Assembly: GCA_029287195.1 (NCBI GenBank)
Contig: JARFRN010000039.1
Location: 1,927-65,926, forward strand
Direction: 5' to 3'
Source: Acidimicrobiia bacterium
GTDB lineage: Bacteria > Actinomycetota > Acidimicrobiia > Spongiisociales > UBA5794
Length of the DNA stretch: 64,000 nt
The notes under the pieces are model-generated. The model did not search any database, was not told where the DNA came from, and saw nothing but the letters and a program-made list of their open reading frames with translations. Below are positions 36,526-46,025 of this stretch, one piece after another. Position 1 is the first letter of the stretch. Each line of letters opens with the position of its first letter. Position numbers and translations under genes: made by a program.

Positions 36526-36842
36526 TTGTCTCGACGAGCGAAACCGTTGCGGGCCACCGCATCACCAAGACGCTGGGTCTTGTCCGCGGCAACACGATTC
36601 GGGCCCGCCACATCGGCCGTGACGTGAAGGCATTGGGGAGGAATATCGTCGGAGGTGAGATCTCCGAGTACACAAAGCTGCTCGCCGAGGCTCGTGAGCA
36701 AGCTCTCGATCGCATGCTCGAAGAAGCGAAAGGGCTCGGTGCCAATGCAATTGTCACGACGCGGTTTGCGACGTCGATGGTCACCAGTGGCGGCGCCGAG
36801 TTGCTCGCATTTGGCACGGCGGTCGTTGTTGAGCCGGAATAG
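36522..36842 (+). CDS. YbjQ/UPF0145 family protein
   Basis: 106 aa. GHRITKTLGLVRGNTIRARHIGRDV...GGEI..Y...L...R..A..RM...A..LGANAIV..RF matches the family across its full length. Confidence 0.85.
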   Translation: MIVSTSETVAGHRITKTLGLVRGNTIRARHIGRDVKALGRNIVGGEISEYTKLLAEAREQALDRMLEEAKGLGANAIVTTRFATSMVTSGGAELLAFGTAVVVEPE

Positions 36843-37017
36843 GAGTTGGGGATCCGCAGGTCGGTACGGAAGCCGCAGCTGTTCTGGTCGGTGGATCCTG
36901 CTTGGGTTATGGCAGGCTTCCATGTCGCCTTAGCGTTCGGCCCTCCGAGAGGAGAGCACGCCTACGGCGACCGCGGCAAGTCCAGCGGTGGCCGTGTCGG
37001 ATCCTCAACTGATCCGG

Positions 37018-37995
37018 CTACGGAAGCCGGCCGAACCAGGCGAGCGATGCCACGCCTGCCAGAGCGAGCAGGGCCAACGTCGCTCCGGTGAACCACTCGG
37101 TGACCTCCGTCTGTGTCACCTCGATCTGCACGCTGCGACCCAGGTCTTCGTAGACCTGGCTGAGTTCCTGTGCAGTGAGTGCGCTCAGCGACCGGCCGTC
37201 GGTCTGGAATGCCAGCTGCTCCAGGGCCTGCCGATTGACCGGCACTGCGATCTGTTCTCCCAACGCGCCCTCGACGAAGCCGTCATCGGTTCCGAACGCG
37301 ATCGTGTGCACCGGCACGTTGCGCGATCGGGCTTCCGAAGCCGCTTCATCGTTGGGGCGACCCATCGTCGTGTCGCCATCCGACAGCAACACGATGGTGC
37401 CGACCGGCTTTGCCTCGTCCAAACCTTCGTTGTCGACGCGCGCCGCGGCGTCGTCGATCGCGTCCAACGCAAGGAAAACAGCCTCGCCGATAGCGGTCCC
37501 CTCACCGAGATCGCTGTCACGGTCGATGGTGCGGCGCACCGCATCGAGCCGGGTCGTCGGGGAGATCAACAGCCGGGCCCGGCCATCGAATCCGACCACG
37601 CCGACGGCAACCCCCTCGGGAACCGTATCGAGGAAGACGCCGGCGGCTTCCCGGGCCGCAACGGCGCGAGTCGGGGCCACATCCTCGGCCTCCATCGACA
37701 ACGACATGTCGATTGCCAGCACCACTATCTGCTGCGCTTCCTTGACCTCGCCGGCCACTACGGGTCTGGCGAATGCCAGCGTTGCGGCAACTACCGCCAA
37801 CAGCACGGCAAAAGCGGCTATGTGCCTGCGCCACCCGGGACGGTCCGGCGCGATCTCATCCAAGAGGTCGATGGTGGTGAAGCGGATCGCGTAGCGGCGG
37901 CGGCGGGCCTGGGTGAGTAGATACCCGATACCGAGCGCTGCCGGGATCAGCAACGCGATCAACCGTAGCGGTGACAAGAAAGCGAACCCGTCCAT
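37018..37995 (-). CDS. VWA domain protein (BatA-like) with terminal TM anchors
   Basis: Preferred ATG 37995 shares one nt with the upstream stop. MIDAS motif VLAIDMSLSM, and VLLSDGDTT. Confidence 0.8.
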   Translation of the reverse strand: MDGFAFLSPLRLIALLIPAALGIGYLLTQARRRRYAIRFTTIDLLDEIAPDRPGWRRHIAAFAVLLAVVAATLAFARPVVAGEVKEAQQIVVLAIDMSLSMEAEDVAPTRAVAAREAAGVFLDTVPEGVAVGVVGFDGRARLLISPTTRLDAVRRTIDRDSDLGEGTAIGEAVFLALDAIDDAAARVDNEGLDEAKPVGTIVLLSDGDTTMGRPNDEAASEARSRNVPVHTIAFGTDDGFVEGALGEQIAVPVNRQALEQLAFQTDGRSLSALTAQELSQVYEDLGRSVQIEVTQTEVTEWFTGATLALLALAGVASLAWFGRLP

Positions 37996-38960
37996 CAGCG
38001 CGACCCCGCAGCTGCCAGCAGTCGACTGCGCCGAATGGCCACGAACCGGACGAAGTCGAGGACCCAATCACGGTCTGTGCGCAAGGTCAGATGATCGGCG
38101 CCACACCCGGCGAGTTTTGCCGAAATATTGGAGCGGCGGGCAGTGGCCGCGGCTGCGTACCGATCCCTGGTCTCTGCCTCGGCGGTATCGACCAATCGCC
38201 TCCGCCCGGTTTCGGGGTCCACCAGTGACACCAGCCCCACGTCGGGGAGCTCGATCTCGCGCGGATCTACCACTTCCACCGCAACTAATTCATGGCGCTG
38301 ACCAAGCGCTCGCAATGGGCGTACCCAATCGTCTGGTCCGAGGAAATCAGATACCACAACTGCCATTCCTCTCCGGTGGGAGGAACGCCGCACCATGTCG
38401 ATGGCCGCTGCCAGATCGCCCGTCTCTCCCTCAGCAGGGGTGCGTTGCAGGGCCGTCAGCACTCCGCCAACGTGTCGCGAGCCGCTGCGAGCGGGCACCA
38501 GATGCGGTCTGCTTCTTGCCCCGTTCGGTGTCGAGCGCACCGCCCCTATCCGATTCCCGCCTGAAGCGGCCAGCAGGGCAAACGCGCCGGCAGCAGACCA
38601 GGCGATTTCGTGCTTGGTGGCCAGGGCCGTACCGAAGGCAAGGCTCGATGATGTATCCAGCACCAACCACAATTCGAGCTCGTGGTCTGCAATGGTGTCG
38701 CGTACGTGGGGTTCATTGGTTCGAGCGGTGACGGCCCAGTCGATATGGCGCGGGTCGTCCCCCGCTACATATGGTCGTGCCTCTCCAAACTCGGTGCCAT
38801 GACCGGGGAAGAGCCCTGCATGGTCGCCGGCGAGCAGACCGTCGAGTCGACGCAGCACCGTGATCTTGAGCCTATCGATCGGCGCTTGAGACGGAGTCGT
38901 GGTCCGGGCTGCGCTGGGCAGCTCCTGAACCCCCGATGGGCGGCCGGGTCGCTTCCACAT
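37995..38960 (-). CDS. DUF58 domain protein
   Basis: GTEFGEARPYVAGDDPRHIDW is the DUF58 hallmark. Preferred start ATG 38960, one nt after the MoxR stop. Confidence 0.8.
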   Translation of the reverse strand: MWKRPGRPSGVQELPSAARTTTPSQAPIDRLKITVLRRLDGLLAGDHAGLFPGHGTEFGEARPYVAGDDPRHIDWAVTARTNEPHVRDTIADHELELWLVLDTSSSLAFGTALATKHEIAWSAAGAFALLAASGGNRIGAVRSTPNGARSRPHLVPARSGSRHVGGVLTALQRTPAEGETGDLAAAIDMVRRSSHRRGMAVVVSDFLGPDDWVRPLRALGQRHELVAVEVVDPREIELPDVGLVSLVDPETGRRRLVDTAEAETRDRYAAAATARRSNISAKLAGCGADHLTLRTDRDWVLDFVRFVAIRRSRLLAAAGSR

Positions 38961-38961
38961 C

Positions 38962-40014
38962 TCAGCCTCGCATCGCTTGGGCCCGCCCACTCAGCTGAGA
39001 GGACGACAGCCGAGGTGCCACCACCGTCGTCAACACTTCGACGAGGACATCGTCGACCGTGACGCCGTCGGCGATAGCGTCGAATGAGGGCACGAGTCGA
39101 TGATTGAGCACGTCATAGGCGACGTCGTAAACGTCCTGTGGCAGCAGGTGATCTCGTCCTCGCATCAAAGCCAGAGCCCGGCCGGCGTGGATGAGACCGA
39201 TGCTGGCCCGCGGGCTGGCGCCGTAGGCCAGGAGGCCGTCGATGGCGACGCCGTGCTCGGCCGGATGTCGGGTAGCGAGAACCAGTCGGATCGCGTAGTC
39301 CTGAACTACGGGATCCACATGGACGGAGGCCGCAGCCTTCTGCAGGTTCTCCACATCGTCTGTCGACAGAACGCCGTTGGGACTAGCTGCGGTGTGGCTG
39401 GCGCGCTCGACGATTTCGTGCTCCTCTTCCGCCGTCGGGTAGTCGACCGGGATTCGCATCAGAAAGCGGTCGCGCTGCGCCTCCGGGAGGGGATAGACAC
39501 CCTCCGACTCAATAGGGTTCTGCGTGGCTAGGACGAGGAACGGCGACGGAAGGGTATGGGTGACGCCACCGAGAGAGACCTGATGCTCGGCCATGACCTC
39601 GAGCAACGCCGACTGCACCTTGGCCGGGGCCCGGTTGATCTCATCGGTGAGCACGAAGTTGGCGAATACCGGTCCTAGCTCGACATCGAATGTCTCGGTC
39701 GACGGCCGGTAGATCCGGGTTCCCACGATGTCCGAGGGGAGCAGGTCCGGGGTGAACTGGATCCGAGCAAAGGTACCGCCGAGCGTCCTGGCGAGCGTCG
39801 ATACGGTAAGGGTCTTGCCAATCCCGGGTACACCCTCGAGAAGACAGTGCCCACCCGCCAGCAAAGCCACCAGCACGCGCTCGAGCACTCGCTCCTGGCC
39901 GACGACGACCCGATGCATCTCCGCCAAGACCTGCCGAAGCTGCACACTCGCCAGCGTCAGGTCTGGTGGCGGTGCTGCAGGCTGGATGGGTAGTGGTTGC
40001 TCTACCGTCGTCAT
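38962..40014 (-). CDS. MoxR-family AAA+ ATPase
   Basis: 350 aa. Walker A LLEGVPGIGKT. Walker B VLTDEINRA. LATQNPIE..G.YPLPEAQ.DRF. Confidence 0.92.
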   Translation of the reverse strand: MTTVEQPLPIQPAAPPPDLTLASVQLRQVLAEMHRVVVGQERVLERVLVALLAGGHCLLEGVPGIGKTLTVSTLARTLGGTFARIQFTPDLLPSDIVGTRIYRPSTETFDVELGPVFANFVLTDEINRAPAKVQSALLEVMAEHQVSLGGVTHTLPSPFLVLATQNPIESEGVYPLPEAQRDRFLMRIPVDYPTAEEEHEIVERASHTAASPNGVLSTDDVENLQKAAASVHVDPVVQDYAIRLVLATRHPAEHGVAIDGLLAYGASPRASIGLIHAGRALALMRGRDHLLPQDVYDVAYDVLNHRLVPSFDAIADGVTVDDVLVEVLTTVVAPRLSSSQLSGRAQAMRG

Positions 40015-41327
40015 GTCCCGCCGCCTTCGCTCTCAGGGATGGTGCCCGCAACTCCGAACATCTCGTCGAGGAGTTGTTGCAGTTCGGGGGGAACCAGCTC
40101 CGGTCCAAACAGCTCGTCCAGCAGCTCATCCAACCCGGGCAGCTGGTCCAGGGGCTCGCCCGAAGTGCCCGGGCCGAAGAAGAACTCGTCGAGCATCTCC
40201 TCGAGACCGGGCAGCGGCTCCGGTTGCAGCGGACCGGGGCTCGGATCGAGTTGGCCGCCGGACGGGAAGAGTTCCTCCATCAGATCCTCGAGGCCGGGGA
40301 GTAGCTCGTCGAGTCCCGGCAACAGGTCGTCAAGGCCGGGGAACAGGCCATCCAATCCGGAGCCTTCAGGGGCCGGCACTGCAGGGGCGTCGATGCCGCC
40401 GTTGGCCTCGACTTCCTCGAGCAACGACGCAAACGCTTCGACCGGAACGGCGAAACCGACGCCGTCATTACCCCCCGACATCGACGCAATTGCAGTGTTG
40501 ATGCCGATGACCTTCGCCTCGGCGTCGGCCAGCGGCCCGCCGGAGTTGCCCGGGTTGATCGGAGCGTCCGTCTGGATCAGGCCGGTCAGCAGCCCTACTG
40601 GGGTTTCGAGCTCGCGGTCGAGCCCCGAGATGATCCCGGCCGTTACCGATTGCTGGAATCCGAACGGGCTGCCGAGGGCGAATGCCGGCTCACCCACTTC
40701 GACGGTGTCGGGTTCTGCAATGGGAGCCTCGACGAGATCGCTGGGGTCTTCGAGAGCAACGACGGCAAGGTCCCGCTCCGGAGCCCGCCCGACAACCCTG
40801 CCGTTGAATGTGCGGTCATCGAAGGTGCGAACCGAGACTTCCTCGGTGAACGACACGACGTGGTGGGCGGTGAGTACCAGGCCTGCTGTGTCGTAGATAA
40901 CGCCTGAGCCGACACCACCTCCGGCGTCCAGGCCGCCGAGGATGTCGATCTGCACTACCGCAGGGCCGAGGGCGGCGGCCACCGAACCGGGGGTGCTGCT
41001 TGCCGGGGCAACGGTGGGGGTCACGGGCTCTTCGGCCGAGAACACCCGGTTGCCGAGGAACAGAATCATCGCCGCCACCACGATGCCGACGCCGATGCCG
41101 ACCAGCGCAAATTTGAGTCGACGGCGTTTGGGCGGAGGGGCCGGGGCGTCAACCGGGGGTAGTTCAATCGTGGGCGCCGTCGCTACCGGGTCTACGGCGT
41201 ATTGCGGGATCTCGTCCGCAACAGGCGGCGAGGCGGGTAAATCGCGCCAGGACCGGTGTTGCGTTCGTTCCTCCCGGGTGTCGAGCTGTGTCAAGGGATC
41301 CTCCGAGATGCGTTGCGGGAGCAACAT
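40011..41327 (-). CDS. membrane-anchored trypsin-like (S1C/HtrA-type) serine protease without a PDZ domain, with a C-terminal acidic PGL-D/E-LL repeat tail
   Basis: 438 aa. TM segment FALVGIGVGIVVAAMILFL. Catalytic triad context TAHHVV, RDLAVVAL, GNSGGPL. C-terminal ~100 aa: GLFPGLDDLLPGLDELLPGLEDLMEELF...LPGLEEMLDEFF...LPGLDELLDELF... Confidence 0.8.
   Translation of the reverse strand: MLLPQRISEDPLTQLDTREERTQHRSWRDLPASPPVADEIPQYAVDPVATAPTIELPPVDAPAPPPKRRRLKFALVGIGVGIVVAAMILFLGNRVFSAEEPVTPTVAPASSTPGSVAAALGPAVVQIDILGGLDAGGGVGSGVIYDTAGLVLTAHHVVSFTEEVSVRTFDDRTFNGRVVGRAPERDLAVVALEDPSDLVEAPIAEPDTVEVGEPAFALGSPFGFQQSVTAGIISGLDRELETPVGLLTGLIQTDAPINPGNSGGPLADAEAKVIGINTAIASMSGGNDGVGFAVPVEAFASLLEEVEANGGIDAPAVPAPEGSGLDGLFPGLDDLLPGLDELLPGLEDLMEELFPSGGQLDPSPGPLQPEPLPGLEEMLDEFFFGPGTSGEPLDQLPGLDELLDELFGPELVPPELQQLLDEMFGVAGTIPESEGGGT
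40056..40361 (-). repeat. degenerate tandem coding repeats (PGL[DE][DE][LM]L) in the protease C-terminus
   Basis: At least five copies of the motif can be read in the translation. The DNA shows recurring ccgggc/ctcgtcgag-type units. Confidence 0.6.
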
Positions 41328-41351
41328 ACGAAGGGACGCATAAAGCGGGCG

Positions 41352-42467
41352 TCAAGCCGGGATCGGGCCCTTTTGCCATGGCATCGCCGCCGGGTGGATG
41401 GCGTCTTGCGCAACGACGTCCTTGCGATCGGAGTCAGTGTCCAGCGGGAGCCAGAGGGCAAATACCGAACCGCCGCCCTCCTCCGAGTCGATCGTGACCA
41501 ACCCCCCCTGTGCCTCTGTGAGCTGGCGGGCGATGGTAAGTCCCAGTCCGCCGCGGCCGGCAGTGGCGCGGTCCCGATCATGGCGACCCTGCCACCCCCG
41601 CTCGAATATCCGAGCGTGCAGTTCCTGAGGGAGGCCTGGCCCTTCGTCACCTACGGCAATCCATCCCCATCCGGCAGTGCTTCCCCAGTCCAGCGAGATG
41701 GTCGATCCGCTCGGGGCGAGCCGGACGGCATTGCCCACGAAGTTTCCGACGGCGGTTCTCACGGCCGCCGGGTCGACTTCGGAGACAACTACCGGAGTGG
41801 TGCCGATGGCTATCAGATGCAGACCTCGGGATCGAGCAGGCCCGGCAAACTCGGCGATTACTTCGCCGGCCAGTGTTGCCAGGTCGACCTCGCGGTCGTC
41901 GGTCTCAACGGCGAGGCGGCCGTGTCCGGCGAGGTCGTCGACGGTGCGACCCATTCTGACGGCAGCACGACGAGCCGCCTCGATGTAGTCCGCAGGCTTT
42001 CCGTCCTGCGCCGCCAGTTCGAGATTGGTGCCCATCACCGCAAGTGGTGTGCGCAGTTCGTGCACCACCTCTTGCAGCCGGCGCTCCCGCTCCTCATCTG
42101 CTGTCTCGATATCGGCCAGAGCACTGTCGACGGCTCTGAGCATCCGACCGGCGGCAAACCAACCAACTCCGATAGCGGGTAGGAGCGATACCGCAAGCGC
42201 AATCAAACTCCAGCGCAGCGTGTCGCTGCGGGCCTGTGCGGCGGCCGCGGCCGCCCCCTCGTCCGCCACGATGACGACGGTCACATCCTCTCCGACACGT
42301 GCTGCTCCGGCGCGCGTGCCGTCATCTGTGTTGCGGGATTGCCACCCGGCGATCACCGTTGCGCCGATCGCGATCGTCGCCGCCACGAGCAGCGTCGATA
42401 TGGTCAAGCCAACCGCAAGCCGACCTCGCAGGAGGCGGCGGTTCTTGCGCAGACTCGAGACCGTCAT
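41352..42467 (-). CDS. sensor histidine kinase
   Basis: 371 aa. Two TM segments. H-box VVHELRTPLAV. G-boxes GDEGPGL and GGLGLTIARQL. Confidence 0.88.
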   Translation of the reverse strand: MTVSSLRKNRRLLRGRLAVGLTISTLLVAATIAIGATVIAGWQSRNTDDGTRAGAARVGEDVTVVIVADEGAAAAAAQARSDTLRWSLIALAVSLLPAIGVGWFAAGRMLRAVDSALADIETADEERERRLQEVVHELRTPLAVMGTNLELAAQDGKPADYIEAARRAAVRMGRTVDDLAGHGRLAVETDDREVDLATLAGEVIAEFAGPARSRGLHLIAIGTTPVVVSEVDPAAVRTAVGNFVGNAVRLAPSGSTISLDWGSTAGWGWIAVGDEGPGLPQELHARIFERGWQGRHDRDRATAGRGGLGLTIARQLTEAQGGLVTIDSEEGGGSVFALWLPLDTDSDRKDVVAQDAIHPAAMPWQKGPIPA

Positions 42468-43162
42468 GATGGGCTCCGCAGAATGTAGCCGCGCCCGGGG
42501 AACGTTTCGATGGGCTGCTCGCCTGCGGCGTCGGCCAGCTTGCGGCGCAGGTTGGAGATCGTCATCCGGACCGTATTGGTGAATGGATCGGCGTGTTCAT
42601 CCCACACGTGTTCCAGGAGCCGCTCGGCGCTGTGGATCTCGTCGGGGTGGAGCAAGAACCAACGCAGCAGGGCGAATTCCTTGACGGTCAGATCAACCGG
42701 CTCGTTTCGATAGGTGACCTCGTGGCGGGCGGTGTCCATCTCGATACCGGCCTGTGCGATCACAGACCTTCCATTGGCGGTGTCGCGCCGCAAGAGAGCG
42801 CGGACGCGGGCGTTGAGTTCGTCTAGGGAGAAGGGTTTCACGAGGTAGTCATCCGCTCCGCTATCGAGTCCTGTAATCCGGTCGTCGACGCTGCCGCGGG
42901 CGGTCAACATGATGACCTTCGGCTGTGTCCTCCCAGAAGTGCCGGCGTAGCCGGAGCCGGCGACGACCTGGCGGCACACATCGAGGCCGTCCCCGTCGGG
43001 CAGGTTCAGGTCGAGGCAAACCAGATCGTACTCGTTGACGGCGGCGCGATCGAGGGCGGTTGCGCCGTCGGCCGCCAGGTCGACTGCGTAGCCGCTGCTG
43101 CGAAGACTGGTTGCGATCGCGGTGGCAAGGTCTCTCTCGTCTTCGACGATCAGAATCCGCAT
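42464..43162 (-). CDS. OmpR/PhoB-type response regulator
   Basis: Preferred start MRILIVEDERDLA (ATG 43162). Receiver Asp context LVCLDLNLPDGDG. Winged-helix TVRMTISNLRRKL. Confidence 0.9.
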   Translation of the reverse strand: MRILIVEDERDLATAIATSLRSSGYAVDLAADGATALDRAAVNEYDLVCLDLNLPDGDGLDVCRQVVAGSGYAGTSGRTQPKVIMLTARGSVDDRITGLDSGADDYLVKPFSLDELNARVRALLRRDTANGRSVIAQAGIEMDTARHEVTYRNEPVDLTVKEFALLRWFLLHPDEIHSAERLLEHVWDEHADPFTNTVRMTISNLRRKLADAAGEQPIETFPGRGYILRSPS

Positions 43163-43323
43163 TACAACGTCCGATCGGGCGCGTCGGCAGCAGCGACCCA
43201 GGCGTCGCGATGTAATGATCGCTGTGCGTACGCGCTGATTTCCAGATACATCTTCAGCACTTAGACGCAACAGGAGCCCATTGAGTTCCCTGGAGTACGG
43301 GAACCGCCGCTCTACGCTGGACT

Positions 43324-44133
43324 GTGATGGAGCGGAATCTGAACGGCCGGCGGGAGCGAACCCGCCACATCATCTTCGATCACAACACGCCGGAGTCGCG
43401 AGCCTTCGACGTTGGCCTGATGGCGCTGATCGTCTTCAGCGTCCTGCTCGTGATGCTGGAGACCGTTGAGGAGGTCGACGCCCGCCATGGCGCGTTGCTG
43501 CTGGTCCTGGAATGGATCGTCACCATCCTGTTCACCATCGAATACATCGCCCGGCTGTGGACTGCCGACGACAGGGTCCGTTACGCCAGGAGCTTCTTTG
43601 GAGTCGTAGATCTCATGGCGATTCTGCCCGTCTACCTCAGCCTGTTCTTCCCGGGGGCGCAGTCGCTGTTGGTGATTCGCTCACTGCGTTTGCTGCGCGT
43701 GTTCCGGGTGTTCAAGATGGCCCGCTGGCTCAGCGAGGCCAACTACCTGATCCGGGCGATTCGGGCGAGCTCACGCAAGATCGTTGTTTTCCTCGTCGTT
43801 GTCATTTTGATCAACGTGATTGTCGGATCGAGCATGTACTTGATCGAGGGCCCGGAGAACGGGTTCGACTCGATGTTCCGCGGGCTCTACTGGTCTATCG
43901 TCACGATGAGTACGGTGGGCTTCGGCGATATCGCGCCGTCGACGCCACCAGGCCAGGTGCTGGCGGCAATCCTGATGATCACCGGCTACAGCATCATCGC
44001 GGTCCCGACCGGGATTGTGTCGGCCGAGGTCGCCGTCGCCGGTCAGCGCGAGAGGTCCTGCCCCGGCTGCGGTTCCGCGGTGCACTCGAGGTCGGCGCGG
44101 TTCTGCGACGCCTGCGGTACCGAGCTGCCTTAA
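43324..44133 (+). CDS. voltage-gated (6-TM, Kv-type) potassium channel with a C-terminal zinc-ribbon
   Basis: 269 aa. S4 RSLRLLRVFRVFKMARW. Selectivity filter TMSTVGFGD. Tail CPGCGSAVHSRSARFCDACG. Confidence 0.85.
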   Translation: MMERNLNGRRERTRHIIFDHNTPESRAFDVGLMALIVFSVLLVMLETVEEVDARHGALLLVLEWIVTILFTIEYIARLWTADDRVRYARSFFGVVDLMAILPVYLSLFFPGAQSLLVIRSLRLLRVFRVFKMARWLSEANYLIRAIRASSRKIVVFLVVVILINVIVGSSMYLIEGPENGFDSMFRGLYWSIVTMSTVGFGDIAPSTPPGQVLAAILMITGYSIIAVPTGIVSAEVAVAGQRERSCPGCGSAVHSRSARFCDACGTELP

Positions 44134-44138
44134 CCGGC

Positions 44139-44915
44139 TCAGCCAGGAGCGATACGGCCCCAATCCTGCGTGTCGTACTCCCGCTCCTGGGGTGGCACCC
44201 CGACGAGCTGATCCTGTGATTCGGCGGGCAGGTCGGCGGGCCAGAAGCCCCTCTCTCCATCGTCCCGGATCGATGAGATCGCCAGCGGGGCGTTGTGCCA
44301 TGGAACGGCGACGGCGTACTCGACGACACCCGGATCGCCGTCGTAGCCGATGTTGGCATCCCAACCTTCCTCGTCGAACAGGGCTTCTCGAGCCGACGGG
44401 TCGGATCCACGCCGACAACACCAATCGAATCCGTGAACCAGTTCCCAGACCGAGCCGGATCTCGCATACTCCGCTGAACCGAGCGCCGCCGAGGAATGCA
44501 AGATGGATACCTGATCGTCACCGGCAATCACTACGTTGACCGCGCCGATAGTCTCTCCGGTGACTCCCAGGTACAGAATCTCATCGCGGTACATGAAATG
44601 AGCGGTCGCACCATCGGACATCAACACAGCAGCCGCTGCCGACCACTCTTCCGCCTCCATGACACCGTCGATGATCGGTGGCTCGGCACGAGGTGCGGCC
44701 AGCGTGGAGGAGGCGGTGGCGACGGTGGCGATCGTGGCGGTCGTTGTTCCCGGAAGCGTTGTCGCCGGGGCCAGGGTTGTCGGCGAGATAGCCGTCGTTG
44801 GTGCGGTTGAGCCGGCAACCGCCGACTGGATCTCTGAAGAGGGAACGGCGGGATTCGAGCCTCCACATGCTGCGAGGAGGAAGGCAAGCACTAGGAGCGG
44901 CGCCTTGGTGAGCAT
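44139..44915 (-). CDS. hypothetical lipoprotein
   Basis: The ORF track extends to 45182. ATG 44915 gives MLTKAPLLVLAFLLAAC-GG (lipobox), then a Thr/Ala-rich linker and a ~170-aa domain of unknown family. Confidence 0.6.
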   Translation of the reverse strand: MLTKAPLLVLAFLLAACGGSNPAVPSSEIQSAVAGSTAPTTAISPTTLAPATTLPGTTTATIATVATASSTLAAPRAEPPIIDGVMEAEEWSAAAAVLMSDGATAHFMYRDEILYLGVTGETIGAVNVVIAGDDQVSILHSSAALGSAEYARSGSVWELVHGFDWCCRRGSDPSAREALFDEEGWDANIGYDGDPGVVEYAVAVPWHNAPLAISSIRDDGERGFWPADLPAESQDQLVGVPPQEREYDTQDWGRIAPG

Positions 44916-44990
44916 GACCTCTCTAGAGAGACATCTCCAACCATAGCCGCCAACGCGATACGCTCTGCCTTGGAACAGAAGAAGGGATCG

Positions 44991-46025
44991 ATGCGAGCGT
45001 ACGAGCTCTCCAGACCGGGCCCGGTAGAGGTGCCTCGCTTGCATGCGGCGGATCGGCTCGACTTCGAACCGGCTGCCGGCGAGGTGTCCATCGATGTCGC
45101 TGTCTGTGCAGTCTGTCGAACCGATCTGCAGATCGTCGAGGGAGACCTCACCGCACGTCGGCTGCCTATCGTCCCCGGTCATCAGGCAGTCGGTCGGGTG
45201 CGCGCGATCGGTCCGGGAGTTGAAGGGTGGCAGCCGGGCGACCGGGTTGGCGTGGCCTGGCTGGGTGGAGCCTGCGGATCATGCCCGCGGTGTGACGAGG
45301 GGCTGGAGAACCTTTGCGAGCAGGCGAAATTCACCGGGTGGGACCGCGACGGTGGCTTCGCCGAGTCGATGTCCGCCCGGGCAGATTACGTCTATCGCAT
45401 CCCCCCGGCCTTCAGCGATGCCGAGGCGGCGCCACTGTTATGCGGCGGCATAATCGGCTATCGATCGCTCCGTATCGCAGGTATCGAACCGGGGGGCCGG
45501 CTCGGGCTGTATGGCTTCGGCGCCTCGGCGCTGCTTGCGCTGCAGGTTGCCCGCCACTGGGGGTGTGAGCTCTTCGTCGCGACCCGGTCACGGGCCGAGC
45601 AGGCGCGGGCATTGGAGATGGGTGCGGTGTGGGCGGGCTCCTACCACGAGCAGCCCCCGGTGGCACTCGACGCTGTAGTCACCTTTGCCCCAGTTGGGTT
45701 TGTCGCAATCGAGGCCCTCAAGGCGCTACGCCCCGGCGGCACCGTCGCCATCAACGCAATTCACCTCGACACGGTGCCGGAATTCCCCTACGAGTTGCTG
45801 TGGATGGAGCGAGGGATTCGCAGCGTCGCCAATTTCAGCAGGCGGGACGCCGAGGAGTTCCTCCGGCTCGCCGCCGAGATACCCATAACGACCGTGGTCG
45901 ATCCCTACCCGTTGGCCGATGTGAACGTTGCCTTGCGTCGACTCAAGACGGGCGAGGTCGAAGGAGCGGCAGTGCTCGTCACGAAGCAGCACCGTTCAGG
46001 TCGAATCGGTGGATTGCCGGTCTAG
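44991..46025 (+). CDS. zinc-dependent medium-chain alcohol dehydrogenase/reductase
   Basis: CAVCRTDLQIVEG, GHQAVGRV, structural-zinc CGSCPRCDEGLENLC, and Rossmann LYGFGASA. The start could be 44970. Confidence 0.88.
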   Translation: MRAYELSRPGPVEVPRLHAADRLDFEPAAGEVSIDVAVCAVCRTDLQIVEGDLTARRLPIVPGHQAVGRVRAIGPGVEGWQPGDRVGVAWLGGACGSCPRCDEGLENLCEQAKFTGWDRDGGFAESMSARADYVYRIPPAFSDAEAAPLLCGGIIGYRSLRIAGIEPGGRLGLYGFGASALLALQVARHWGCELFVATRSRAEQARALEMGAVWAGSYHEQPPVALDAVVTFAPVGFVAIEALKALRPGGTVAINAIHLDTVPEFPYELLWMERGIRSVANFSRRDAEEFLRLAAEIPITTVVDPYPLADVNVALRRLKTGEVEGAAVLVTKQHRSGRIGGLPV

